Positions 13,376 through 25,782 of a stretch of DNA of 64,000 nt are shown one piece after another. Source of the DNA: Octopus sinensis. Its lineage: Eukaryota. The DNA lies in the NCBI RefSeq assembly GCF_006345805.1, contig NC_042998.1:39742001-39806000 (forward strand), given 5' to 3'. The first letter of the stretch is position 1, and each line of letters opens with the position of its first letter. The notes below the pieces were generated by a model. The model had not been told where the DNA came from and ran no database searches. It saw nothing but the letters and a program-made list of their open reading frames with translations. Both the position numbers and the translations under genes were made by a program.

Positions 13376-15005
13376 AATAATGGTTGTAGTATGGCGGCAT
13401 GCACTGTAACAGCATGCTGCTACATCCACCATTTGTTGGTAAGTCCCTTCTGGAGGATGACACCTTTGGCCACTCAGGCAACAACTCTCTAACCCATGGG
13501 TTTGTTTAGGTAGTCATTGCTAGTGAGAGTTTTATGGGGTCGGAGTGCAAGCCCTACCTCAACCTCTTTTAGTCGCCTTTTACAAAATTCAGAGGAAACA
13601 CTGGGCCTGTTCTTTAACATGCAAATCCCCACAGAGCAATAGTGTAATGCGAAATGAAGTGTTTTCCTCAAGAACACAATGCTGTCCGGACTGGGAATCA
13701 AACCCATGATTTGGCAACCATAAGTGCAACACCCTAACCACTAAGCTATGTATGTTCATGCTATTATGGCAAAATGAATATCTTAAATGACTTGAGCATG
13801 GCTGAATTGGTAGAGGAGCACTTTGTGGCATTTGGTTCCATTGTGAGGATAGAGTTTGTCATTCATCTTTATCATCAGGTTATACGAATAGAACTGGTTG
13901 AGAGTAGGAGTAGGTGGGAATCAGTTATATTACACTAGTATCATCCCTTACAAGTTGTACCTAAATCAGAAATTATTTCAATTAGAAGTTAGAGACTGAA
14001 ACATTACAGTTTTTATATTAATATTACCATAATTAAGGCAGGAAGTATTAAAAGGTAAATTAGAAATAGACAATTCCAAACAAAATATTAATCTGTGTAC
14101 TCTATATTAGTTGTGTTTTACATCAGAAAAAAGAAATAGCAGCCAAATATATCTCAAATTACAGATTCTGTTTTGAATAAAAAAACTTTAGGTAATGCAG
14201 TCTTATATAACCATAAAAAGACAAGCTGGTCATGGCTGGAACATCTTGGATCATAGGTTGACCCAGTCAAGGCTGACTGACCTAAGCTATGCATTATAAA
14301 GGAAGATCTTAAAACAGGTAAATCTAATGTCAGTGTCTCACAACTGACCTTGTTTCCTCAATACTTTTGGAAAAAATGCATATTTTTTAATGAAATTTTG
14401 AAGGTGTTCATTTTCGAAGATGTAAGTTACCATGATGAAGAATAAAGAACTGTTCATTTATTGCTCATCACTGCTTGGTACTGATGCTGCTCTTTTTATT
14501 TTGACCAGTTGGTCCATGAGCGCAATTTAGTCATTGACATCAATGGCATTTCCTATTCAGCAAGGCTGAAGAGCCAGAAATGCACATAGAAATTTGTTAG
14601 GAGGGAATACAGCTACACCTTTTACCATAAGAGAAAATTTTTTATCCACATTAACTACAGTGCATTTGCCTTTAGAAGTTAAAATATGTTATAAACCTAT
14701 TTTGACTAACCTAAAGTACAATTTCAATTTTTGTTTTAAACCCTTAAACTGCATGTTAACCAATTTCCAAAGTACCTTTTCCTCCTTATTTTACTTCAGA
14801 ATTCTGCATTTGGAAAGGGAACACAACATAATTTAGATCCTCTATAACATATCTGCACAAAATGTCATTTAAAAATATTCATTTACATACATACATAGTG
14901 ATGACAATGATGATGATGGTTGTCCACTTGTGACCAAAGCAGATCATCACTGGCTATGTAAAATGCCAGCAATACCCATACATGAAGTTGTTGCAGTCAG
15001 CTTCA

Positions 15006-15170
15006 CACTAGCATAGCTAGGAGGTGGCATAGGGGTGATTCACCCTGGGTGGCACTTTTAAAGGGATAGCACTTTTCATTCCGTTGTTGGCAATATGTGT
15101 TTTTTGTGGGGTCTAGGGGTGGCAAATGGAAAGGCTGCCCCGGGCAGCACATACTCTAGCTATGCTAGTG
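15006..15170. mobile_element. 165-bp MITE, probably hAT superfamily
   Basis: Perfect 15-bp TIR CACTAGCATAGCTAG / CTAGCTATGCTAGTG. Perfect 8-bp TSD CAGCTTCA (14998-15005, 15171-15178). An 8-bp TSD with CA termini is typical of hAT. Confidence 0.85.
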
Positions 15171-17279
15171 CAGCTTCACCCAGGTTTGTGTCTGTAGCTC
15201 CCATACTCAGCAACATGTCCTCCTACTCAGCCAGACATCAGATACTTGCCTTGCTGGCGATTATACAATCTAAAATTTTAGGTCCATTAAGGCTTGCACA
15301 GCAGCTCAGACACCCTTTCCACCCAACGGACATGATTGAGAATCAAGCTAGGGCAAGATATCCAGTGCCAATATGTGTCATAGACTCAAGAATGTGGGAA
15401 CACCATAATCTCAAGCAGAAGACCCCCAAAATGTTCAATGTCATTCCTTGCATATTTGGTTTTATATCAGAGTGACTTTCTCCTAGAGACAGGCTTCAAC
15501 AAAAGCTAAGTGGCGTCTTGCTCCCAGTTGTCTTCCAGTATGCAGTTCACCAACTCTACTCGGTGAGGAACATTGCCAGAAACTCAGCAGGATTAAAACA
15601 TGTTTACATATGTATAAATGTATGTGACAACATCACAGTATCACTATTAGACCATTAGATGCTGTTATGCATGACTGGTCGCAATGCACTTCCAATTCTG
15701 TCTTGATTACACCATTCTTTTCCATCTTGACCCAAATTGCTCAACTAAATCATCTTCCAATCATCATGAAGACCTTCCAAATGGTGTTTCATGATCTCTT
15801 GGTTACCACTCAGCAACTACATTGGTTCACCTGTTGTGTGTGAACCTTGCTTACATATGTATGTAAAAATATTCCTTTACAGAGTTATGATATGATGGGG
15901 GCAGGGGTACCAAATGGTATTATTGCAAAACCTAAAAAGATGTTTAAGTTGGGGTGGATTTTTAATGACTCCTTAACTATTTAATTACTAATCAATTCTC
16001 TGAAGTATTCAAAGGCATTGGTAAGTTGAAAGACTTTGTTAAAATTGTCAATCAACCATGATATAAAACCTAAAAGACAGGCTGTAAAACAAATGCCGTT
16101 TTGTGCAAAGAAAGAATGAAAAGAAATTAAACATGCGTTAAGACTGGATATGATTCAAAATGTTAATGGCTTCCACAAGATGGGTTTCACCATTAGTTGG
16201 TGCAGCACTAAAAAAAGATGGCTGCATATATTTGTGTTTGAATCTAGTCAGAGCTTCAATGGAACTTACTGAAGCAAGCCAACACGCTTGCAATATTATC
16301 ATGGGTGATGGCGTGGCTAAGGTGTTGGAATAGCCAAGTCCCCACATCGGCATCACTTGACACTAACGATGACAAGAACTTCACTGTTAATGGCCCAGCA
16401 CCTCCGAGTATCTCAAATACCACAGGCTGGAAGAAATGGTTCACCGACAAGTCTCAATACTTAAGGATTTTGTTCTGTTCGGCTATGGAAGCAGTGACCA
16501 TCCCATTTACTGCAGCATCTAGGATGGTGGAGGGAGTAAAGGAGTCACAGACTGTGACATCCCAGGTGAAGGACAAAGAGTAAGGCCATCTGGTCTCTTC
16601 CCATCATTTCTGGATAATCCTATCGGCTCCAGAACTGAGGGGATTTTAACCTGAGCCCACAGCTCATGTGAAATGACCAGCATTTAGGTGGCAAGACAGA
16701 CTGTAAAGATCTGTGGAGTTGAGCTACCTAGCACAGTGACATCTCAGTCCCCCACAAATGTTGGCTCTCACTCTGAGTGCGATGGTGATGCAGAGCTCAT
16801 CCAGCCTGAGTAAACCTCCTCCAAAGATGGCCACAGGCAAGACATTAATCCAGTTCCCCGAGAATTTCACACTTGTAGAAAGTAGGTGACACCTTGAAAA
16901 TTGATCAGATTCATCAAGGAAAGAGCTGAAAGTGGCACCTGAACGCAGACTGTTTCATATTTTCTGCTTCCATCTATCCTCAACTGTAACAGGAACTGAC
17001 AAACCCAGCTCTCTCACTGTAACAGAGTTTCATCCATCTTCCTGTTGGAACTAGTCCATGTTGGAAAGGAGAGGATGTTGCCAACCAAAGGGAAGCAAGC
17101 ATGGATGGAGGACAGAAAATAGGGAAGAGATAGAGACAAGGGACTCTGAAGAGAGTCTGACATTGACCAAACATTTGAGTTCCCAGAATATTAGATTGCC
17201 AAACCTTGGTGGGGCTCCATTACCGCAAGGTTTTTTTTAAAAGTTACTCAAGGTTAACCATTCATGGATTGAAAGATGG

Positions 17280-20200
17280 TGTAGGGCAGGATTCGTGGCA
17301 GACGGACTGTAGACAGATACTTCGCTGCGGGCTAGCTAGGAAGCTGGTCAGCCGGAAAAAAAGGCCTTTCGAGAGGAGAAGGATAACGGAAGAATGTCAG
17401 CCGTGTGCGTGAAATGAATCTGAGGGAACTATACAAAAATAACTGACAGTTTAAGCCCTATTGTACCTAAAGTAATAAACCTTTAGTAAATGCATACTCG
17501 TCTCCACTCGTTTGTTTACGTATAGCTTAACAAAGGTATAACTGATGGCCTCGACAATCGAACAACAAACAGCTCCCGCCACCGAAACAAACATGGTTGG
17601 CAACAAAACACCACTGAGGCTACCACAGTTCTGGTCTAAGAGGACTGAGCTGTGGTTCGCGCAGGCGGGAGCTCAATTGGATATAAACAAGATAACGACC
17701 GACCAAACAAAGTACTTGCACGTTGTGGCGGCACTTGGACGAAGACACAGCAACGAGGGTGTTGGACATTTTAACCCATCCCCGACCAATAAACAAATAC
17801 GCCATATTGAAAGATAGGCTCTAGTGGATACATTCCGATGCAACGAAAGAGAAGCGGCAGTCAGGATACTGGAGGAAGAATTAGGCGATTCCAAGCCGTC
17901 AGAACTGATGGACAGGATGTTGGCATTAGTCCTCCCGGTGAATCACCTTCCTTTTTGTTTACAGAAATATTCCTCCGTAGCTGCCACCTCAGGTCCAGGC
18001 CCTCATAACTCAGGCCGAAATCAAGGACCTGCGGCAATTAGCAAAGGCAGCTGACAGGCATTTTTTACTGAGTGGTGTCCTGGTCAACGCCATAGGGTCG
18101 GCTCCGAGACGTGGTAGGATTAAGCATAATGACCTGTGCTTCTACCATGCAAAGTTTGAAAAAAAGGCGACAAAATGTAAACAACCATGTAGCTTCAGAA
18201 CCCCTTCACCAGTGAACCATTGAACACACTGGTGGCCGGCAGACATGACCAAATGCTCCTCTATGTCATACCGGCATCGGCAAGGGACCTCCGTCACGGA
18301 AAGCGTAGTCAACTATTAACAGCCGCCAACGGGTCCACAATTGAGGCATACGGTCGTTGCACCCCTTCCCTCAACATCGGCCCACGGATCTTTTCGGTTT
18401 GAACGGCAGATTTTTCTAGCGGTGTCATATGAAATTGTCACCCGTAATTATGACCCTAGTATCGATCTATTGCATTTCAATCTGTTTTAGGGTTAGGGTT
18501 AGGGGAAGGGTATCTTTTCTTCACAAATGTAAATAAACCCAATCTGTTTCTTAAACGAGGGACATATTCATACGGCACAGAATGTTTTCACCTCAATAGA
18601 CGTCATTGATTGGTTGAAATTGCAGAAATTGAAGAAAAAAACAACAAATATCTTACAAAGTATAGGATTTTCTCAATAAGCCAAAAGAAAAAGATGTTTG
18701 ATAAACACATTCTACTAGTATACGAAGTTTAAAAGTGTTTAGTTACGTGGGAATTATTTTAAAAACTGTCGGTCAAACCGAAAAGATCCCGGCCCACGAA
18801 AATACACACAGTCATTCACCATCGCCGATGCCCATCAGCCCATAATCGGTGCAGACTTACATTTGCTACTGGTGAATTTGCGGGGAAGACGACTCCTCGA
18901 CAGCAACACATACGACGCTTCCGTGCCTCTTGCAACATCTGCACATGCCGCCCACCGCATAGCAACCATCTCGCAGACCAAGAACGAATTCTCAGATCTT
19001 CTTGTTAGTCGCCCCAATCTCACCACTCCAACATTCTCCAAACCTACAGCCCACCATGGGGTGACACACTACATCACTACCGGCCCTCAGTGCACAGCCG
19101 CGCACGTCGTCCATCACTAGACAAACTTGCAATCGCAAAGGCTGAATTCGAGAATATGGAGGCCTTGGATATTGTTCGCCGATCAAGCAGTCCCTGGTCA
19201 TCACCCCTGCATGTGGTCCCCAAATCCAACGGAGGTTATCGACCCTGCGGAGATTACCGCCGTCTCAACGCAGACACGACACCCGATCGCTACCACCTCT
19301 GGCCCGATTCAGCCATGTCAACATCGACCTTGCCCACCCACCCCGCCACCTTCACGGGGTTGCTCGTACCTACTGACCTTGGTGGACCGCTACACCCGTT
19401 GACCTGAAGCCATCCCTCTCCGCAGTACAGAAACACAAGAAGTCAGCCGAGCTTTCATCGCAAATTGGGTCGCCCGTTTCGGTGTCCCAGATAGCATCTC
19501 ATCCGATAGGGGTTCACAATTCACCTGAAAGCTGTGGAATGACATGTGTGGCCTTTTCAGAATCACAATGAACCACATAACAGCCTACCACCCACAGGCC
19601 AACGGATTAGTGGAGAGATTTCACCGTCGCCTGAAGGAATCACTGACAACCAGGTTTAACTGGCCAAACTGGATCGACCAACTCCCATGGGTAATGCTGG
19701 GAATCCGCACTGCCCCAAAAGAAAATCTCTACACTTCCTCCGCGGAAATGGCGTACGGTGCTCCCTTTACAGTGCCAGGAGAGTTCCTTCCGAATACGAA
19801 TTCAGACCCGGATGTCAAAAGGTACCTCGCTCAACTAAGACAGCGTGGCCAGTTGCGCCCTGTTCCCATGTCGTCACACGGTACACCCAGAGAATCCGTA
19901 TCAAATGACCTCTGCACGGCTAACTTTGTGTTCGTTCGACGTGACACACGACGAAGACCCCTCCAGTCACCCTACGACGGTCCATATCAAGTTATACACC
20001 CGGGAGATAAAACATTCCAACTCCTAATTGGTGGACAAGACACAGTCTCCGTCGATAGATTGAAACCAGCCCATCTTGATATTGATAGCCCGTCCAGGTG
20101 GCCCAACCACCAAACAGGGCCGTCCTAGACAGATCATACCAGCCCTTGACAAGGAACAATCACCAAAGAATTGAGTAACCACACGCAGGGGCAGGACAAT

Positions 20201-20517
20201 TAAAACGCCATCCCGTTTCCAGTGACAGTTTACAGTTCTGAGAGGGGGGAAGCTATGTAGGGTACGATTTGTGACAGACGAACTGTAGACAGATACTTCG
20301 CTGCGGGCTAGCTAGGAAGCTGGTCAGCAGGAAAGAAAAGGACTTCCGGGAGGAGAAGGATAACAGAAGAATGTCAGCCACGTGCGGGAAACGAATCTGA
20401 GGGAACTATACAAAAATAACTGACGACTTAAGCCCTATTGTACCTAAAGTAATAAACCATTAGTAAATGCATACTCGTCTCCACTCGTTTGTTTACGTAT
20501 AGCTTAACAAAGCTATA
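17280..20517 (+). mobile_element. Gypsy LTR retrotransposon, internally deleted (gag, protease, RT N-terminus, integrase; RT core and RNase H missing)
   Basis: LTRs at 17280-17540 and 20256-20517. 4-bp TSD ATGG. Degenerate tRNA-Trp PBS TGATGGCCTCGAC at 17543. PPT GAGAGGGGGGAAG. Gag LRLPQFWSKRTELWFAQ. RT SPWSSPLHVVPK..RPCGDYRRLN..PDRY joined directly to integrase YLLTLVDRYTR..SDRGSQFT..YHPQANGLVERFHR. Confidence 0.95.
18386..18789. mobile_element. 404-bp MITE with GG..CC termini and 8-bp TSD (Merlin-like?), carrying (TTAGGG)3
   Basis: TIR GGATCTTTTCGGTTTGA-C.G.CAG / reverse complement at 18760-18789. Perfect TSD CGGCCCAC (18378-18385, 18790-18797). Excising it restores the protease frame (SLNIGPRKYTQSFTIADAHQPIIGAD). 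Confidence 0.9.
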
Positions 20518-22291
20518 ATGGGCTAGAAAGCTCTGACAGTAATTGGGACTCCGGAGAGCACCATGCTGATGAAGGAAGAACCGTGATAGAAGGAAAGGAG
20601 TTTGTAAACAGGTTTACAGTCTGCTGATGTGAATCTGGAGGGTTGAGGAGCCAGAGGTTGCATTTGGACTGTTGATGCTAAAGCCCCTACGACGAAGTTC
20701 CTCAATCATTCTCCTCACAGTTGCAAGGACCCTATCTGGGTCCCTCCCAAACAAGCATCATTAAGTTACCAAATATTCAAGTCCGGGCCAGCTTCCATCT
20801 TGGTAACATCGTCAATATCCAGTGCGAATAGAGCTGGTCCTAGTGGGTCACCCTGTTGGACTCCAGATGCAGATGGGATGAGTTGGTCACCAAAGGAGAG
20901 ATAGGATGGTTCCTGATGAGATTACCAAGCAAAGTGATAGAGCTATAGAGCATTTTCCCTTATTGCATGGAGGATGACATCCTGAGTGCTGGAATTGAAG
21001 GCACCCCTGAGGTCTAGTTTGAAGATGACCTTTGGAGACTCAGAAGGCAAGTTGCTGAAAACCCTAATGGCATGAGCAGCAGCCTCACAACCTAGCATTG
21101 CACCCACTCCTAGCTGAGTAGGGAAAAATTCGGTGGACAGGCAGTTAGAAACCGAGGACAGACACACTTTTACTGTGAGTTGTTGCAGAGTACAACCAAC
21201 TGATATGGAGTGGAGGTCACCATTGGGCTTTCTGAAAAAATTAATTCAGTGATTATCGCGTAAACTATTTTATATAATGCTGCAAAAAAAAAAAAAAAAA
21301 ATTGTCTTTAGTGATGACCCAATGCCATATTTAGAACACTCAATCTTTTTCTTCCTTTCTTTTTATCTTCTTCTCTTCTCTCTCTCTACCCGCACACAAA
21401 CACACAAGTGTGTGTGTATTTTCAGTTCAACTCTTTCCCAACATCAATATATAAAACAAACAAACAAACAAACAAACAAACAAAAACAAAAAAACTCTCT
21501 CATCCTGTACTGAAATCGATTCATTCGAATCAGTGTCAGAATGAATGACGCAGTTTCTGCAAACTAATAAACTCATCCACCAGTCACATCACAACAATTT
21601 CTTTCTTCCTTTTTTTAAATATTTTCTTCGTTCACCCCAATGATTATATATATATAAAATATCGTCATTCGTTGGGAGGCATTTTATTACTGGAATCAGT
21701 AATTAGCAATTGTTAGCATCTATTTCGGACTAAACCGGTGCCCGCGCGCACCAAGTAACAGGCTACAAAAACAATCCAAACAGCAACAGAGCGACACATC
21801 GATATTATATATTGGCAATTAACCATTCTTTCGTTAGTAAACTGCATTTACGTCAACGAAACATGTGGAACAAAAGAATGCCTAATATCTATATGGACAT
21901 TAACCATTAAGTATTCTTACTACGGATAAAAATGTTATAGAAATACGTAACTGGAACTTTAAAGAAAAACAGCAACCATTGACCGTGGACAAAATTACTT
22001 TTGTTGTGGTGACGCAATGTATTCATAATTTACAAGTGAAACCACATTGAGGCACCCGGCAGCTTATTTTAACCGATTGGGTTGAAACATCCCTAACATT
22101 GTAGCAACACATTCGTTGTGGAGTCAAGCCCCTGGACTCTCATCTCCCTCATCTATTTCTCTCTTCTCTGTGTATAACTGCTTGATTATATTTATCTCTG
22201 ATCGCTGCGATATATTAGCTACTGTTACTGATCTATATCCGTCGTATATACTAACATAACAGCTACTAATAGTTATCTATTGCTCTCAGAC

Positions 22292-22385
22292 ATGGCTTTA
22301 CCATTAACACAATCACCGACACGGGTGGTTTTAATTGCTTGTGGATCTTTTAACCCTGTCACCAATATGCATTTGAGGATGTTCG
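22292..22385 (+). CDS. NMNAT: NMNAT coding exon 1 ([31 protein letters not shown])
   Basis: [10 protein letters not shown] is the NMNAT GxFxPx(T/H)xxH nucleotidyltransferase motif. G|GTAAGT donor, phase 1. Confidence 0.97.
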
Positions 22386-23231
22386 GTAAGTTAAAGGTCC
22401 TTTAGTAATTTCCATTTAATAACATAACCATCATTGATACGTGTTTACAGACATACATACATACACACACACACACATACATACATACATACATGCACAC
22501 ACGCATACACACACACACACGCAATTAACTGCTTAAATTCTAATTATTTTAGATGTAATAAAGGCCAATTTGCGCTGGAAAACTAAAGGAGAATGGCTGT
22601 TGTGTTTGAGTTCCGTCCTACCAGTTGGTTTATTCCATTTCTTTCCCAAATTAGTGTCTAACCTCCAGATACATACACACAAAAATATAAATATCTATAC
22701 ACACAGACACGTACATGCACGCACACACATAACATGACATACGTATATGTGCGAATTTATGTATGTGTGTGTGTATGCATAGCTAAACACTTGAAAGCCA
22801 TCCAGAAATTAAATTCGTCCGATGAAATCGAAAGTGAAAGTGAATATAACGAATCTAGAAATGTCATAAACAGCTTTTTCGGTCGTCTGATAATTTAGAA
22901 TTCATACATCTCTGTTTAGAAACTTGTTTCTAATCAGGCTAATTATTGTCTTTTGAAGCGGAAATATAAATTCATGAAGTGGGGAACCTATGAAATTTGA
23001 ATGTCCCCAGTGATGGTAGATTGTATGTGTGCGTGTGTATAGAAAGAGATATATTTATTATTCTTACATTAGAATCTTGACAGTGACTTCGAAATTTCAG
23101 TCAGCTTAAGCCATCGTTGAACTGGCCAAAACTTCCAAGTTTTTCTTATATAAGAATAATAAATTCGCACTCTACAAAAATAGAGTAACCCTTTCAAATC
23201 AATGTAAAATTGTTTTTATTATATTATTATA

Positions 23232-23432
23232 TCTGGGGATGGTCATGTTTTTGCCAATTTAACACGCACTATATCCTTGGTATTCAGTTAAGCTTTATTC
23301 TTATTATTGTTATTTTAGTGTCTTTTGTAAATCTTTCGTCACACGTCCTGTGACCTCTTCAGCGACTCTCCATCCCACGTATAATCTCCTGTTCTGTTTA
23401 GTCCATTCTGTCTTTTCATGACCATCTCCAAA
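23232..23432. mobile_element. 201-bp TA-flanked inverted-repeat element containing a hammerhead-like core
   Basis: TCTGGGGATGGTCATG / CATGACCATCTCCAAA (14/16 match), with TA on both sides. The minus strand carries CTGAAGA-G-GTCAC-loop-GTGAC-GAAA (23334-23362). Confidence 0.55.
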
Positions 23433-23554
23433 TATAACAATTTCTGATTCAACACAAGATTTTACGACAGGAATCTTGCAAAAAATTACAAAAACGAAAT
23501 GTTTTTATTATAACTGAACATAATTGATATATGTATATATTTATTTGTACACAC

Positions 23555-25195
23555 ATGATGATGGCCATCCACTCGTGACTGAGGAAAACCAGTACTGACC
23601 TTTAAGAACATTGTGTATTCAAGACTACCTTATACTTCACACTTCCATCTCTGTTGGTGACTAACAAACCTTGCTTTTGACAAACATGCACGACTGCAAG
23701 CATTGTAGACCAAGCGTTCTCTATTCATTACACTAGCAGTGTGTTTTCGAGCAGTACTCTTGAATGAAGAATGCATGCTCTTTCAAAGTTATCGACTCCT
23801 TCCTTTACCTGTTTCCGCCATTCATGGTGATGACAAGCATTGCTCTCCCAGTCAGCCTCCCACATTTCACAGGCCTTTAACAAGGACTTTACACACTCCT
23901 TAAATTGCAGTTTTGGCTTCTGCCAGGATTGCTTTCCACTAATAAGTTCCCCATATAGTATCTGTTTAGGGATCCTGCTATCATTCATTCTAACAAGGTG
24001 TCCAGTCCAATGTAACTGGTATTTGTGCACCATCGCCTCAATACTCAGGATATCAGCTTTCCTCAGAACCTGCGCATCTGGAGTTTTTAAGGTCCAGCCA
24101 ACATTCAGAAAGTGTCTCAGACATCTCTGATGAAAGCGTTCAAGGACATTTACATTATGTTTGTAAAAGGTCCCTATCTCACAGGAGTAAAGGAGCGATG
24201 TCAGTACACATGCACGGTACATAGCAATTTTTGTTTGCCTTGTGATGCCATGCTGGGACCAGACATGAGACTGAAGAGACCGGAAGGAATCTGTTGCTCT
24301 CTGCAGCCTGAAAGATATTTCAACATTCAGGGAGCAAGAACAGCTGAGTGTGCTGCCCAAGTAGACAAACTTGTCTACCACCTTCGGAATTGTTCCTTCA
24401 ACAAAAATAGCTGGTTCCACATATGGTTTCCTGGTGCAGGCTGGAACATTACCACAGTCTTGTCCAGGCTAATACTAAATCCAAATGCCTTGGAAGAAGC
24501 AGAAATATGATTCACGAGTATTTACATATCATCCGTTGTATGAGTGACTAAGTCACAGTCATCTGCATAAAGGAGATCAAGAATGAGTGACTGGAAAACT
24601 CTTGGGTTGGCAGCAAATCGACACAGCTTGAAAAGACAGCCAGAAGATTGATACCTAACATATATACCAGGAGAGATGTCCACAGAAAAAGCAGGAGTAA
24701 GAGAAGCAGCAAAGTACAGAGAAATGAGAGTTGGGACAAGGATATCACCCCGCTTGACACCATACTCTACAGGAATGGGACCCACCATGCCACCACCAAC
24801 ATTGACCCAAACTGCCATCGATCATGAAATAATTTGATCATTGATAGAAAGTGATCTGGGCATCCAAGTTTGCCAAGTATTTTCTGTAGAGAGCCCCTGT
24901 TCACAGTATCAAAGGCCTTGATCCATGTTCTGCTCATAGCACTTCTGCATCTGTCTTGCTGTGAAAATCATATCCATTGTTCCTCTTCTAGATCTGAAAC
25001 CATATTGAGATTCACATAGGGCATCATTTACGAGACACCTATTCAGGCAGGTAAGAAGAATACTTGCCAGGATCTGACAGTAGAACAATAGCTCTGTAGT
25101 TGCTACACTCTGCTCTGGCTCCCTTTCCTTCATAGGGAGGAAGAATAATTGCATCCTCCCAGCCCTTAGACATTGTACCATCCCTTCAAATTACA
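23555..25195 (-). mobile_element. 5'-truncated RTE (BovB-like) LINE in NMNAT intron 1
   Basis: QYGFRSRRGTMDMIF (24909-25181), GVKRGDILVPTL and LLYADD (24522-24818), LLYSCE..HWTGHLVRM..PKQILYGEL (23728-24420). Tail GGATGGCCATCATCAT. Confidence 0.9.
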
Positions 25196-25342
25196 CTAAT
25201 AAGTTCATGAAGGAACTGTGTGATGTGATCACTACCAAATTACAGGACCTCAGCACAAATACCATTCTTACCCGGTGCCTTACCAAGATTCAGTTTACTT
25301 TTTGCTGTCATTACTTTGTCATTATATATATATATATATATA

Positions 25343-25697
25343 TGCCAGCGCCGCCTCGACTGACTTCTGTGCTGGTGGCACATAAAAAGCACCATCCGAA
25401 CGTGGCCGATGCCAGCGCCGCCTTGGCCGGCTTCCGTGCTGGTGGCACGTTAAAAGCACCAACCGATCGTGGCCGATGCCAGACTCCCCTGGCACCTGTG
25501 CCGGTGGCACGTAAAAAGCACCCACTACACTCGCGGAGTGGTTGGCGTTAGGAAGGGCATTCAGCTGTAGAAACACTGCCAGATCAGACTGGAGCCTGGT
25601 GCAGCCCCTGGCTTCCCAGACCCCAGGCTTCCCAGACCCCAGTTGAACCGTCCAACCCGTGCTAGCGCGGAAAACGGACGTTAAACGATGATGATGA
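25343..25697 (+). mobile_element. RTE-family 3' end copy, sense orientation
   Basis: Tandem GTGGCAC(G/A)TAAAAAGCACC repeats, conserved tail block and ACGATGATGATG end. Confidence 0.85.
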
Positions 25698-25782
25698 GGA
25701 TTAATATATAAGATGTTCAGATAAGCAACCTTGTTTTCGAACCAAGTACACATCTAAAACCCCCTTTTCAGTGCAAATTATA

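Larger units (their letters stand above)
16250..21200 (-). mobile_element. Degenerate CRE-clade non-LTR retrotransposon (RT plus restriction-like endonuclease), split by the Gypsy insertion
   Basis: RT: QLGVGAMLGCEAAAHAIR..KLDLRGAFNS (20943-21167) and GVQQGDPLGP (about 20830-20860). SLPYFLSSIHA at about 17100. RLE: VLEPIGLSRNDGKRPDGLTL (about 16580-16640) and FQPVVFEILG..FQHLSHAITHDNIASVL (16256-16450). Many stops. Confidence 0.8.
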
